Shown here: in pieces, positions 29,001-40,801 of the stretch | Layout of the letters: each line of letters opens with the position of its first letter | How positions within the stretch are numbered: the first letter of the stretch is position 1 | Assembly: GCF_030028105.1 (NCBI RefSeq) | Contig: NC_092379.1 | Location: 27,645,821-27,709,820, forward strand | Length of the DNA: 64,000 bases | From: Mobula birostris | Taxonomy: Eukaryota | Direction: 5' to 3' | Notes under the pieces: model-generated | Told to the model about the DNA's origin: nothing | Databases searched by the model: none | Seen by the model: the letters and a program-made list of their open reading frames with translations, nothing else | Position numbers and translations under genes: made by a program

Positions 29001-30640
29001 CTGAGCTGAGGGTGGACACGAGTGATAGGTGGCGAGAGGACTCGTCTGGTAGACAGGAATTCTCCCTCGTAGTGTCTGAACCTGAAGAGTCAGTTGAGGG
29101 GGTATGGAAGTCTCACAGAATATGAAGACCACCCGATAGGCTGGCCTACGTAGCACCGGGGGAACAGAGTGTGACCCCTGCCGTTCTGGGGAGCTACTTT
29201 CACTGTCTTTTGCACCCGGAAGGAACATTGTGTTTTGCAGGAAGGGTTGTCGAATTATCTCAACGTCATGAGGACATGACTAAATTTGGTAGGGGGAGGA
29301 CGTACAATGCTGCAGTTTCCACTGCTAATGTAATGGCCTCTCTGCACCGATTTGCTTCTAAGGTAATGGTTTCTCTGTAGCAGCAATAATTAGGTTATTA
29401 CTAGAGATAATAGGACTTTGCAATGTATGCTAACCAAAGAGAGGCATGCTGTTTTTCCTTCTGGGTCTGGGAACAGGGGTTTCGCGGACTTGACTCGGCA
29501 AGAGATGAAGAGATAAAACGCTAGTGGAAAGAGTTGGTAGACCGCCGGACGGAGTGGACTCAGGGCGAGGGTCAGACGGTCAGCGAGGCTCGGTGTATGT
29601 CGATGGAGATCGATAGGATGATTCCGTGCGCTCCAACGAGCACTTTAGACTGCTTCATTAAAATGGGTGCTTTTACTGTTTGTTTTCTTCACTGACCCCA
29701 TAGTCAGATTAAGATTTATAAAGAGTCGATCGTTTAATTGCAAACGGTGTACTGTCTGATGTTTTGCAGTTCAGATTTGTAACCCAGGAACACATCATTC
29801 AGCATCCACACAAACGAGATTTCTCAGTTTGACGCGACCAGAGGCTATCTTACCCAAGATGAACCTTTTCTGGCCAAAGCTCAGGGTTACAATTGCATTT
29901 GCCTTCCTCACCACTGACTCCACTTCAATATTAACCTTTAGTGTGTTATGCACAAGATCTCCCAACGCACTTTGCATCTCAGACTTTTATTTGCTGTTCT
30001 CCCCGTTCAGAAAATAGTCTGCTCATGCATTTCTACTATCAATGTGCACTCTCATGCATTTTGCCACTCTGTTACCCATTTTCCTGATCTGAACAAATAC
30101 GTTTGCAACCTACCTGATTCCTCAACCTATCAGCCCCTCGATCCATCATCGGATCATGTGCAAACTTGGCAACAGAACTATGTAATCCATCATCTAAATC
30201 GTTGAAATACAGCATAAAAAGAAGGGGTGGCAATACCGACCCCCGTGGAACACCACAAGTTGTTGGCAGCCAACCAGAAAATGATCCTTTTATTCCTACT
30301 CGATGCCTCCTACCCATAATCCAAAGAGTGTCCCATGGACCGACATGGATTAGCAATTCGTTGACCGAAAGCAGACCGAGGCATTTTTTGCACAGGTTGC
30401 GTGCATTTACTTGTGAACGAGTCTCTGGTAACAATTTTCGCAATACAATTCAGTAACCAAACATAGTAAGCTACAAGTAGGATCTCCAAGTTTGCAAACG
30501 GCGTGGAGTCGGGAATATCACTTGAGGATAGTTGGACGTGGGATAATGTAAAACCATACCAAGAGTATATCTTCCCACAGTAAAACGGCTATGAAAAATG
30601 ATTAGATCCCATGTTCAAACACCAGCTGATCTCTTAAACA
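23070..30640 (-). mobile_element. Old CR1 LINE split by the Gypsy insertion (23070-23650 and 29892-30640)
   Basis: LAFISRG...LHKALVRPHL ORF at 23472-23660 continues across the junction GCTAACATTG|CATTTGCCTTC; GVPRGSVLPPLLFMLYFNDLD at ~30200. Confidence 0.85.
23651..29891 (+). mobile_element. Structurally complete but decayed Gypsy/Ty3 LTR retrotransposon (6241 bp), PNMA-type gag, PR-RT-RH-IN
   Basis: 5' LTR 23651-~24232; 3' LTR 29301-29891; PPT AGGGGGAGGA at 29291-29300; 4-bp TSD ATTG at 23647-23650 and 29892-29895. Gag LDSAFGTTESP...QEKAEKLSAY, RT LEEHEARL...KCQFCKTSVSYVGH, RH LHTDTS, IN zinc finger H...FYWP...C..C and core WCMDFLS...TDYYTR. Confidence 0.93.
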
Positions 30641-31899
30641 CTCAGAACTCTCCTCTATCTCCATTTGAATTATGGACTGTAATTTGCTCCTGAAAATTAC
30701 ACTTTATTCAATGCATTTAATCTCAGAACTCCAAGTCTGCAGTCAGTTCCGTCAACTCATTGCATGAATGAAATTTCGTAGAATTATATTGTTCAATAGA
30801 AAATATGTGATACTTATATCACAGTATCAGTTAGCATATTACGTCAATATAAGATTGTGTTCCAATTTCATAATAAGAACTGGACATTTTCATAATAAAT
30901 AGTTACCACTCCTCCGTATCCAGTACGCACAGAAAAATTCTGTACACATTCCATCCAATTTCCAAAAGCCACGCGATTTTTTTTTTTTTTGTATCTTTCA
31001 GGAATATAACATCAAGTTATTAGCATTCATCATTTGTTCTGCCACAGGAACAACCGCAACGCGAACTAACTCATTGCTACCTCCTGGATACAGAAAACAC
31101 AGCTCATTAAATCGGCATGCATCTTCGATTGAAATCATCAGAAGTTTTCTATTCGGATTCGATTAGTGCCAAGTTCGTCAGCTTGTTGGAGTTTGTCTTT
31201 TATTTACTGCATTACCTCTAGGTATAGAGTCTGCAATGCGGGAAATCGAAGAAAGCAACAGAGAGGTGTATTCTCAGTCGTTTCAATGATGGGCAAAATT
31301 GTCCTCAATTTACATATACTCTTCAAGTGATAGTTAGTCAAGATAGCAGCATCCTTCACGGAGGACTGCCGTTTTCTTTACTTAAAAAAAAAAACAAAAC
31401 AGAACTGGTTCTGTTTCAGATTGAATCAACCGAGATGTCAGATGGACTTTCGCCATATTTTTGGGAACAGATACACAACTGTTTGCACGGAGAGCAGTTG
31501 CTGGCTGAAAACAGCTTCACTAAGAAATAATTACTTTAAATTACGTATTTAGTATTTAAAGAGAACAAGGGAACATAGTATATATATATTTATATAAACA
31601 AAACAAAGGGTTTCAGAGATATCCTGGGATCTGTATTTCGGCCCAAGTTCTTGTCCAGATTGCAATACACCTTTAAAATAAACCAGGCTCATTAAAATAA
31701 TATACCACTAGATAGCGCAAATACCTCGCCGTATCAGCTCAGATCAGCAATTGTCAAAGGCGGCCATACCTAATGTCGTAGACGTCACAAGTAAGAAACA
31801 AATAAAAACACAGAAAAATAAACTAGGTTTAGAGGAGGTTCCGACTTCGTCATAATAACTTAACAGTATAAATTAAATATTACTAATTATATATATATA

Positions 31900-32174
31900 A
31901 TAACGTTTGAGATAGCACACGTTCCTCAACTCCGTCTGCTCACTCATATTTAAATTGTTTTTCTGTGTCATTTGTATGGCCTAGCGCATGGTCCATTCAT
32001 TCTATTCAGGGTTCAACTAAATTACATCTATTTATTTGATTGCAATTGATATATATATTCCACCCTGAATAGAATGAATGGGCCATGCGCTAGGCCATAC
32101 AAAGGAGACAGCAAAACAATTTAAAATGTTAGTGAGCAGACGGAGTTCAGAACGTGTGCTATATCAAATGTTAT
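31900..32174. repeat. Long inverted repeat (MITE-like fold-back), ~113-bp arms, 49-nt spacer
   Basis: 31900-32012 is roughly 90% identical by eye to the reverse complement of 32062-32174 (e.g. TTTGTATGGCCTAGCGCATGG / CCATGCGCTAGGCCATACAAA). Confidence 0.9.
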
Positions 32175-32485
32175 CCCTATTCCTGCTGAGCATCCGCAGA
32201 TCATCGTACTGACAGGATAAGGGAAGGGGCCAGAGATCTCAATGAAAACTCAAGTGGATTTCAAATAAAAAGGGCTGAGAAACATTGGTTGAGATAGGTA
32301 TTGAAGAAACGTAGAAAAGATAGATTACCGTAGGTCAGTGGAGAAAAGTTTGGCCGAAGGGCCTGTGGACGTCGACATATGCGCAGAAATGTTTGATACT
32401 GTAAATATTTTGCTGATCTGCCGAACACACTACTGCTTTACAACTTAAGTTTCAATGCTCCACCAAATCGCACTTGCAGTCGTTG

Positions 32486-33384
32486 TTAACTACACAGTTT
32501 ACCATTCAATGTAAATAAGTATTTTAAACCAGTCTTTAGCTCTTTTCTGAACCTCCTCTGTGTTAGTCCGTATATACACGTGTTGGTGCACATACTCACC
32601 TGTTGAAACATATATGCGAGTCGTTGCAGTATATATGTCGGGGTATTCAAATATCTGTCAGTGTAGGAATAATTTTGTGCTTGCCAAGTCAAAGAATATA
32701 TTAAATAAGGCATCCAAAACAATATAAAATTTGCTGATATAGCGAACAGCAAAATCATTGGCCTTCTCCGGTTCTCAACCTCCTCATCCCTCTGATTCCC
32801 GCTGTTCCCACGAAGACCTCTGCGGACTTTATTTGCCTCAATGATATGTCTAACATTTAACCCATTTAACAACAGAAATAAAACAATTGGCAACAACGGT
32901 GTTAAAATGCTATCGAGTAACTCATATCCTTTCCGTACCGATGAGGTGTTGTAAAAGTACGTAGTGACACAGCGCCATGGCATGTTGTCAATTATGACCT
33001 CAGGCTCCACGGCAAAGTAAAATGGAACTCCCCTCGTACAGCTCATGATCACCACGATTACTATAACTACACTTGCTGTTTTTTCGGTGCAGTATCGCTC
33101 CCGCAACTTGTGACAGCAAATTGCAATGTAGCAATCAAATGTGAAACCAACTGTTAGCCAAACAGAACAGTCAATTGTTGCAACTCTGAGCACATTTGTC
33201 AGAGAACAAATCGGAGTAATGAGCAAATAATTGGCATATATATGGATATAATTCGACTGCTCCACAATACCTACACAAATAACCACCATCAGATCCGCTG
33301 TTGCCATTCCCAAAAGGTAGCGTGTTATGCATTTGGAAAGTCCACATTTTCCCTGAGACAGGATCACAATTGTCGTTAAATTAA
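32486..33384 (-). CDS. Class A GPCR (GPR139-like type), exon 2 (TM1 end to TM7 and C-terminus)
   Basis: Uninterrupted frame with hydrophobic TM stretches: VNL (N1.50), MATADL (D2.50), TPICSL (C3.25), FDCY (DRY site), ECL2 PWRC, FWMPY (TM6), NTCIY (TM7). Acceptor TTTTCCCACTACAG at 33385. Confidence 0.93.
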
Positions 33385-34327
33385 CTGTAGTGGGAAAAGA
33401 ATACAATTTTAACAGCACCTAATTTCATCCGTTTCTTCTAATAAATCCGCTGGATTGTAAAAAAAAAAAAAAAAAAATCATTCCTAGTGCTCTTACTCTA
33501 TACTGCAAACTACAATCTTTCTGTTTAGGGAAGATATACAGTGTGTCCAGGTTATTCTGTTGCCATTCGTTTCGAAGCTAACGGAGAACTGGAAGGATTA
33601 ATGCGTTTGCGTCTAGCCAACAGTCTATTTCGGGAGATCTGTTCTATCAAGCATACAGGTGAGCAGCTGAATGCTCGGTCACCGAAACGTAGCTCTACTT
33701 TTGAGCAGAACATGCTGAATAGAACAGTGATAGGGTATGAAATGCAGCCAGGGAGACATTTTTTATGGGCATAGCATATTTCGGAAATTGAACTCCAGAC
33801 TCAAAATCTAAACTTGCATAGGAGGACTAGTGAGAAAACTGGGAGATTGTTTTATCTTCGTTTTTTTTAAATGATGTCACAAAGCAACTTCTCATTTACT
33901 GGCATGAGATAGCATAGCCCTGAGTGCTGCAACTGTACGCAAAAGTTCCCTGCCACGTTGTTATTGTTGTCCAACTTCTTTTTTTTTCCTGATTTAAATT
34001 CCAACTTCGAACAATATACGTGCATCGGTAAGTATTTAGAAAATATTTTTTTCTTTCCCGCTACTCCTCCTATCCAAGATTAGAAGAAAGGGAAGGGCAT
34101 TGTTCCGAAACAATGTCACTATGGCGTGAAGTTGATGAAAGAAAAAAAAACAAGCATCACGAATTTGAAGGTACGCTAGCATAAAAGAAATTAATCACAT
34201 CCTTGAAATATCTTCACTTTGCAACCACCATTCAGGTTAGGCAACAACAATACCAGTTAGGAATACCGTTTCAGAGTGCAACGGATTTCGCTTTAGAGAG
34301 AAATACACAGAGTAACCAATAACTTAC

Positions 34328-34397
34328 CAGGAATGCCTACCACTCCAAGCAAAGGATAAAAAACGTTCGCTATGTAGTATATTGGCGCATAATCCAT
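34328..34397 (-). CDS. Class A GPCR exon 1 (short N-terminus and start of TM1)
   Basis: AAAATGG start reads MDYAPIYYIANVFYPLLGVVGIP, then G|GTAAGT donor. 70 nt, phase 1. With exon 2 gives 969 nt = 322 aa plus stop; intron 943 nt. Confidence 0.88.
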
Positions 34398-34749
34398 TTT
34401 GTTTTGTGTGTGTGAATGAACATCAGTTGCTAAGCAGTGTCCAACTGACCATGTACATTGTTCTTTGCTTATTCACGCTCTTTTACATAAAATAACAATT
34501 CCACTAGGATATTAACGTTCTGGTCTCCAAAGGCACATCATGCAACCCATTGAACAAACATTCAAGGTAATGATTTATTTATACATTATGTCACCGTCCA
34601 ATGGATTTGTCTCCTCATGGGATATTCAGAGCTCCTGTAAAAGAAAGTTAAGCATTTGGAAAGTGAACATCACGATACCAATTTCATCGAAGAGAAATTT
34701 CAGCTGATGGAACACATCAATTCTACAGATCAGGGTTACCTATAACATT

Positions 34750-35090
34750 AGATTAGTTTAGATCAGATTCAGCTTTATTTTCATTATGCCGAGTACAGAT
34801 AAAAATCCAATGAAATGCAGTTAGCATCTAACCAGAAATGCAAAGAATACTGTTATTTACAATATAACTGCGAATAAAAAGTAAATGCTACAACACACAA
34901 ATATAAAAATACTCAGACAGTAAAATATGGGTGCAACAATGCTTATCGCTGCGAGGTAAGGTTTAACGGGGTCACAACCTCAGGGAAGAAGTTCTTCCTG
35001 TGTCTGCTGGTGCGGGAGAGGAGGCTCACGTAGCGCCTACCAATTGGGCGGAGGGTACAAAGTCCATTGTTAGGGTGAGATGATGATGAT
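34750..35090 (-). mobile_element. Rex1/Babar-type LINE 3' end fragment
   Basis: Simple-repeat tail (TTAGA), AATAAA on minus strand, and CAGGGAAGAAGTTCTTCC motif typical of these 3' ends. Confidence 0.5.
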
Positions 35091-36039
35091 TCCCCGCTTG
35101 TTCTTGGTAAAATTTATAACGGGTAACATACAGCCAAGCTTCAGGATACACGGATATCACTTTATAAGAAAGATAAGGATTTTACTTTGTCGACAGCAGT
35201 GATTCATTTGTCGAAATTTTTGCAACAGCTGTGCATGCCAGATCAGCGTTTGAATTTGCAGCCTAGGTTCATTGGTCCTTGGCAAATAAGGACGTCAATG
35301 TTTATGGGTAGATGGTAAGATAATGGCGTTGTAAGGGCTGATAAATCAGTTATAGTTGAATGGCCGAACAGACTCAGGAGACATAACACTAAAATTCTGC
35401 TCGTATTATTTACAGTCTTAAGGGCTAAATCAGAGAAATATTTCGAATGGGATTTTGCACATTAGGTGAGTACCTAGATTTGAAGGACAATATGCATCAG
35501 GCCTGCCTTGTTAACAATGTGGCAAGTCTTCGAGGACATTGCATTTTCAAAGTCGATGCAGGCTGATTGATTTCATCGCCAGGTATACAGATTATTGATG
35601 ACTGTTGGCATTTTATTCGGCATTGAACAGAGCTCACACTGTACCATTCATACTTCTGAGCGTGTTCGAACAATTGTAGTTAATAATAGAGATGCAGGGA
35701 ATCTCAATCACAAGGTGAAATAGTGGCAGAAGTTTGAAAACATGTAAAAATCAAAAAGCGTGGTCTATTTCGAAAGGGAAAATATTTTAATTGCCACTCA
35801 CCATCCACTAGAGTTTCCATAGATAAACCATCATTTCATGCTACAGAAACTCCTTATTCCTGACAATACAACATCTATTTTATCAACAGAGGTCAATATC
35901 CAATGAGATGATAAATTACGTTATCTCACTGTTGGTGAAACGTATGAACCATATGCTCTCCCCTCTCATTCGTCAATGTAGTGAAGTGTAGTGTAGTGTA
36001 GTGAATGTAGTGTTCTGGAGTTAGGAGGTATAACAGTGT

Positions 36040-36850
36040 CGGCGAGGAAGTATTAAAACGAACACGAGATGATTCGCTACATGTGGAAGCACAGCAAGTA
36101 TTTTATTCGAAATGGAAGGGAGACAATTGATATATTTTTTTAAGCAGCAGATTTCCTTTCTGAGTGCAGAGAGACGGTGGAGTAAAAAGCAGAACGAACA
36201 CAAAATTGAACAAAATTCGTAGATTGATAAACATTGATTGCAGTCTAACATTGATAAATAAGCCAAAAAAAATCATATAAGATTGTTTATATCACAAAGA
36301 TAGGTTAGATTGCTCCATAGGTGACTGGATAATACATACAGAACGAATTGAGCAATATTTTGAAGAAAGTAGATTTGGTAAGATAAGTAATTTTTATTGA
36401 TAGAAAAGAGGTGGCAATTTTGCACACCGCTATAGGTGGAAAATCATACGGTTTCCTTAGACCTCCAACGTCATGCTGTAACATTTATAATCGAAATCAT
36501 TGTTGGGAACAGTACTCTTTAGGTTTCATAATCGGAATCAACAGCATGAGCAGTCCATTTCATCAGACCGTCGCTGAACTAAATACATTGTCTGAACATT
36601 ATCATTTGTGTGATGGGCTTACGAATGCTGTGAGAGGCAGTTTAGATTATGCAACCTTACAAGAAACAACCAAAGTAGGTTTATAAATCAAGTGCAATTG
36701 TCATTTAGAAGATCAGTATTCATTTGGCACAATATTGTCGTCCGAAACTGCTCTGTATTTGATCGGATATGACAATTGTAAATAAACACTGTGCACTTTC
36801 AAACCACTCAGATTAGCACTACTTGACACAGAAGGAAGTAGAGGAATAAT
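36040..36850 (+). mobile_element. Decayed gag of a second Gypsy family
   Basis: ERIEQYFEE...VAILHTAIGGKSYGFLR and VAELNTLSEHYHLCDGLTNAVR match the common Gypsy gag pattern (VAELK-LSEHC-F---L-DALRD). Confidence 0.65.
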
Positions 36851-37299
36851 AGGCATAAACAATATATAACAGCCAGCTAAAACTTCAAAGGGCATATTTT
36901 CATAACGGAAAAAGGATTAATTTCTCCGCGCGAGAATATACGTACACTCAACTAAGCTAACATGAAATCACAACGCTGAAAATGAAGAAAACATCAGTGC
37001 AGAGGAGAATGTTGACTAATGGACATCATACTGATCTCAACGGACTAGATCTCGGTAAGGAAGCGTAGAAAGCCTGTCTCAGAGTGCGAGAAATCTTCCT
37101 CCAAACAGTGTAATTCCTTGTGACAATTCAGAATCATTTGGAAAACACAAAAAAAAGTCCAAAATAAATATATTAAAAATCAACAAATGAAGATCGTGAA
37201 TGGTGCAAATAGCAGATCTTATAGCAGCTAAACTTTGTCTGATTACTGACACTGCCACACTCCGTTGGCAAGCACATTCATAAAACATTTCCTTTAAAA

Positions 37300-37760
37300 T
37301 GAAAACTTATTAAGCAAATATCACCCGATTATAGATGCAATAATAATCCAATTTCCCAGTCCCTCAAATTGTATTTCGACCGATTGGTTATAGTAATGAC
37401 GACATTCTGACATACTAATACAGGATAAACAAGGAAGAATAAATTATTTACTAGATATGGTCGTTCCGAACGGGCATAATGTTCAGAAACGTGAAAAAGT
37501 CCGAAGTATGATGAACTAAAAGCTGATTTTGAAAGTTTTCGGAACTTGAGCAAAATAAACATTTTCTCTATAGAAAGAGCAACAACTGGTGTCATCCCAA
37601 AGACACCACATAATGTCATTGAAGAATTAACACTAAACAGTAATATCTATACAAATCTTGAGAAAGCCACAATATAAGCACTACTAACATAATCAGAATG
37701 TTCCCACTAATTGACAAATGGCCGTGCTTAGCTATGTCATTAGCAAATTGAGCTGACAAA
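37300..37760 (+). mobile_element. R4/Dong-clade LINE C-terminal restriction-like endonuclease fragment
   Basis: DILIQDKQGRINYLLDMVVPNGHN...KYDEL...TTGVIPK...NLEKAT fits the PD..D...K-Y restriction-like endonuclease; short AAT-rich tail. Confidence 0.65.
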
Positions 37761-38019
37761 AAATAATAAAAGTAACGTTATAAAAATAACACGAGATATT
37801 TTCAGGATGACTCTCTAAACCCACTATAGTTTATTTTTTTTTTTTTAACTGGGCTCTCTAATTTTCCAAGTAGGAGAACATTCCGTATAAAATAAGAGAA
37901 TAAAACGTCTTCTATATCCCTTGCCACCTCTTGGCAGACCTTAACACGTCTATATCTTTGCGATTTAAATTATAACCATTTTCATCAGTAACACTAACGT
38001 AAGTAAATGAAATGGCAGA

Positions 38020-38150
38020 CAAGACAAAAGCTGCAGATGCTGCAAATCTAAGCAAGCACACAAACTGCTGGAGGAATTAGGCAGGCCAGGCGGCATGTAT
38101 GAAAAAAGAGCACAGTCGACGTTTCAGTCAGAGACTCTTCAGTAGGACAT
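38020..38150 (-). mobile_element. Penelope-like terminal repeat fragment
   Basis: CTGCAGATGCTG...TGCTGGAGGAA...CAGTCGACGTTTC family signature. Confidence 0.7.
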
Positions 38151-38789
38151 GTCTAAAATACGTCGAATAGCAGAGCTGTGTTCTAAAGATACAGCCATCA
38201 GCTATGGACTTAATGTGCAGAGCATTAAAGATGCAAAAGAGCTGGTAGAATGTAAAAACAAAGGAGTGCACGATGCCATAGAATCGAAGGCTGAATATGA
38301 ATATGTATGTATCTTGGTCATTAACAAGAAAAGCAAATAGATCATAGTGCGCCAATATGGAACTTTCGACGGAAAATACTTCAATGTTCTAAACGATCTG
38401 CCAAATAGGTCTCAATGGTAAACATGGTAATACAACAAACCCTTTCACTACACGTATATTAATGTATCCTTTGGCATAATATCTTTCTCCGAAACAGATT
38501 GGCAAAAATTCTTCAAAGAAAAATAAAAATAGAAATGAAAATTTAAGAAAATACTGTGTACACTCGATAAACAATTGCTGGGGCAGAGTGAGAAAGATGA
38601 TTAACAGACAAGTATATATAGTACACTCAGAGCAAACTTCGAAAGACATATCTATCAACGAAAACTGATTTCAGTTCGCCAAGCAAGAATATGCAAACCT
38701 GCTAATAAATATATTGAACTAAAAATATGAAAGCGCAAACCAGGAAAGTGAAAAAGAAATATCACTGCAGAAGAGAAACTTGCCCCATC

Positions 38790-39720
38790 TGGTCCTGGGA
38801 TGATCGACTATAGCCGTGGTGCAGGGCTTCGGCGATGTAGTCATTCATGGCTTGGGTCTCAGAAAGGGAGAGGGCGAAAGTAAAAACACGGAGAGAAGTT
38901 GTTCCAGGGGGATTTCGAACGCGTAGCTTTGCGTGATCCCTGAAGAGGCAGGGTTCCCTCTTGTCTTTTACTGAAGGCGATGTCTAAGTCGTGGTATTCT
39001 TCTAAGTGTACTGTGAAGTCCAGTGTCTCCAGAACTAACAGTGTGAAGTCAGCTGTGGTGGCAAGCATGTGGTCCGGCAAACGTCCCAAAATCGCCAGTG
39101 AACCGATTGTACAGGTGATTTGTGAGTCGTGTGTGGGGTGCCAACTGAGAAGACTGCTGGGTGAGTCAGTATAAATGAATTGGACGGATTCATATTTCTG
39201 TCCGATGATCACGTGCACAGTCTTTTTTTTCCGTGCACTGAAGTATCAAAACAAAGAGAATGTCCGTAAAATGACGTTCATGCAGGTGATTTGGGACATA
39301 GTCTCTGTGAGAAATCCAAGTGCTACATAAATAGGCCTGTGCAGAACGTTGCCTGCTTCGCCAGAACCCAGTAGAAACTTCCAGGTTGAAATCGCCTTCG
39401 ATATTTGGGCAGATAGGATGAATCGAGTTATGATGCAGAAGCAAGAGGTCTGAAGAAGCTTACCATATGAAGTTCCCTCGTTGCTTCATGGTTGTGCATT
39501 TTTGCAAAGGATAAAAATATCAGAACCTTGGTATCCGTGACGACAGAGAAATGCGCAGCCGGTGGGCATCTCTGTTGCACACAACTCGTCTCTCAGGTGC
39601 TTCGGCGGATCCTGACGGTGATGGAAAGCAAGGTTGCTCAATCGAACCACACCCTGCCGAGAAGATACGGAGTTCCTCGGTGAAAGACAGCACCGAGTGT
39701 AAGCCATAGGGCAGACGAAT
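38790..39720 (-). mobile_element. Gypsy (chromovirus/Sushi-like) protease to RT-start fragment
   Basis: EEYHDLDIAFSK...TLP and, after frameshift, LSLSETQAMNDYIAEALHHGY; decayed protease site GSGEAGNVL. Confidence 0.75.
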
Positions 39721-40778
39721 TATCTGACCTGCTGTCAGCTTTGCACTTCCCTGGTATGGAAAAACGAACGCACCTGAGCTGTCAATTCGTCATATTTATT
39801 GCAAATGGTCATTTTATTTTATTAACCTCATTAGCGGCAGCCGAACCACAGCTCGACCAGTCAGGAGACAAATGACGAAGGCAATCTTACCTCGTAGGTG
39901 GAATGCAGAGATGGCTGGAATTCAAATAGAATGATGCAATGGAGCAGAAAGTCTCAAGATCAGTTTGGGGAACGTCGAAACGATCGGGGACGGAGAATGT
40001 TGGCTCCTAGGTAGGATCTCATCTGTCGAGGGGTTGATTAGTCAAGATGAAGAGTTGTTTGAGAATGGCGAACAGATGGTCATTTTTTTTTTTTTTTGTT
40101 GTTCTGCTGTCGATTGTATATATGTGTTGGTGGAAAATTTCCTTAAACCGAGGGAACTCTGATGGCAGAACAATTGTTGTGATTCAACAGTGACAATAGG
40201 TTAGTAATAAACGACAAAGTAGAAAGCAACATGGAGCTAGAACATCAGAAAGAATGCATACTTAATACGAGGGAATAACGTAACTGAAGGCAAAGAACAG
40301 CTGATTAAATATCGCTGGGTAAACAAATGACAAATCCAGGATTCATGCCTGGATCCTTTCGAATTTCCGGCCGCAAGTTCAGGGTGAAACGTCATTGGAA
40401 ATTCATTCTGCTTCCCTCCACGGAAATTGCCTGAGATCGCTGAAAGTTTCTAGTATTCCTTCTTTTCTGTTTTATATTACACACATTCACATATCAAATC
40501 ATCTCAAATCATACTGAATTGTACGGACTGTATCATGATGGTGCCTGTCGTATGATGCGTCCAACCTCGATTTTTCGTGCAATACCTTTGGAATGCCTCT
40601 TCGTACCTGCTCATCAAAATATCTTTCTCTCCATAATACACTTTGAAGTCGTAACAATCTATATGAATATTGGCGAGATTGTGATGCACCGATGAAGGGA
40701 GGACATTCACATTGACATTCTCTGGCTTTTTATCTATCAGTCTTTCTTATCCTTCTGCCATTAACACACAGGCTCGCG

Positions 40779-40801
40779 CACACACACACACACACACACA
40801 C
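40779..40801. repeat. (CA)n microsatellite
   Basis: Direct tandem repeat. Confidence 0.95.

Noticed and set aside
18062-29306. TG-to-CG changes at two LTR termini (18062, 29301) and an impression of high CpG content in old repeats
   Set aside because: Only two instances, and CpG observed/expected could not be computed here.
34398-34650. Possible acceptor (CTTTCTTTTACAG, minus, ~34635) extending GPCR exon 1 into a 5' UTR
   Set aside because: Plausible but unsupported without transcript data.
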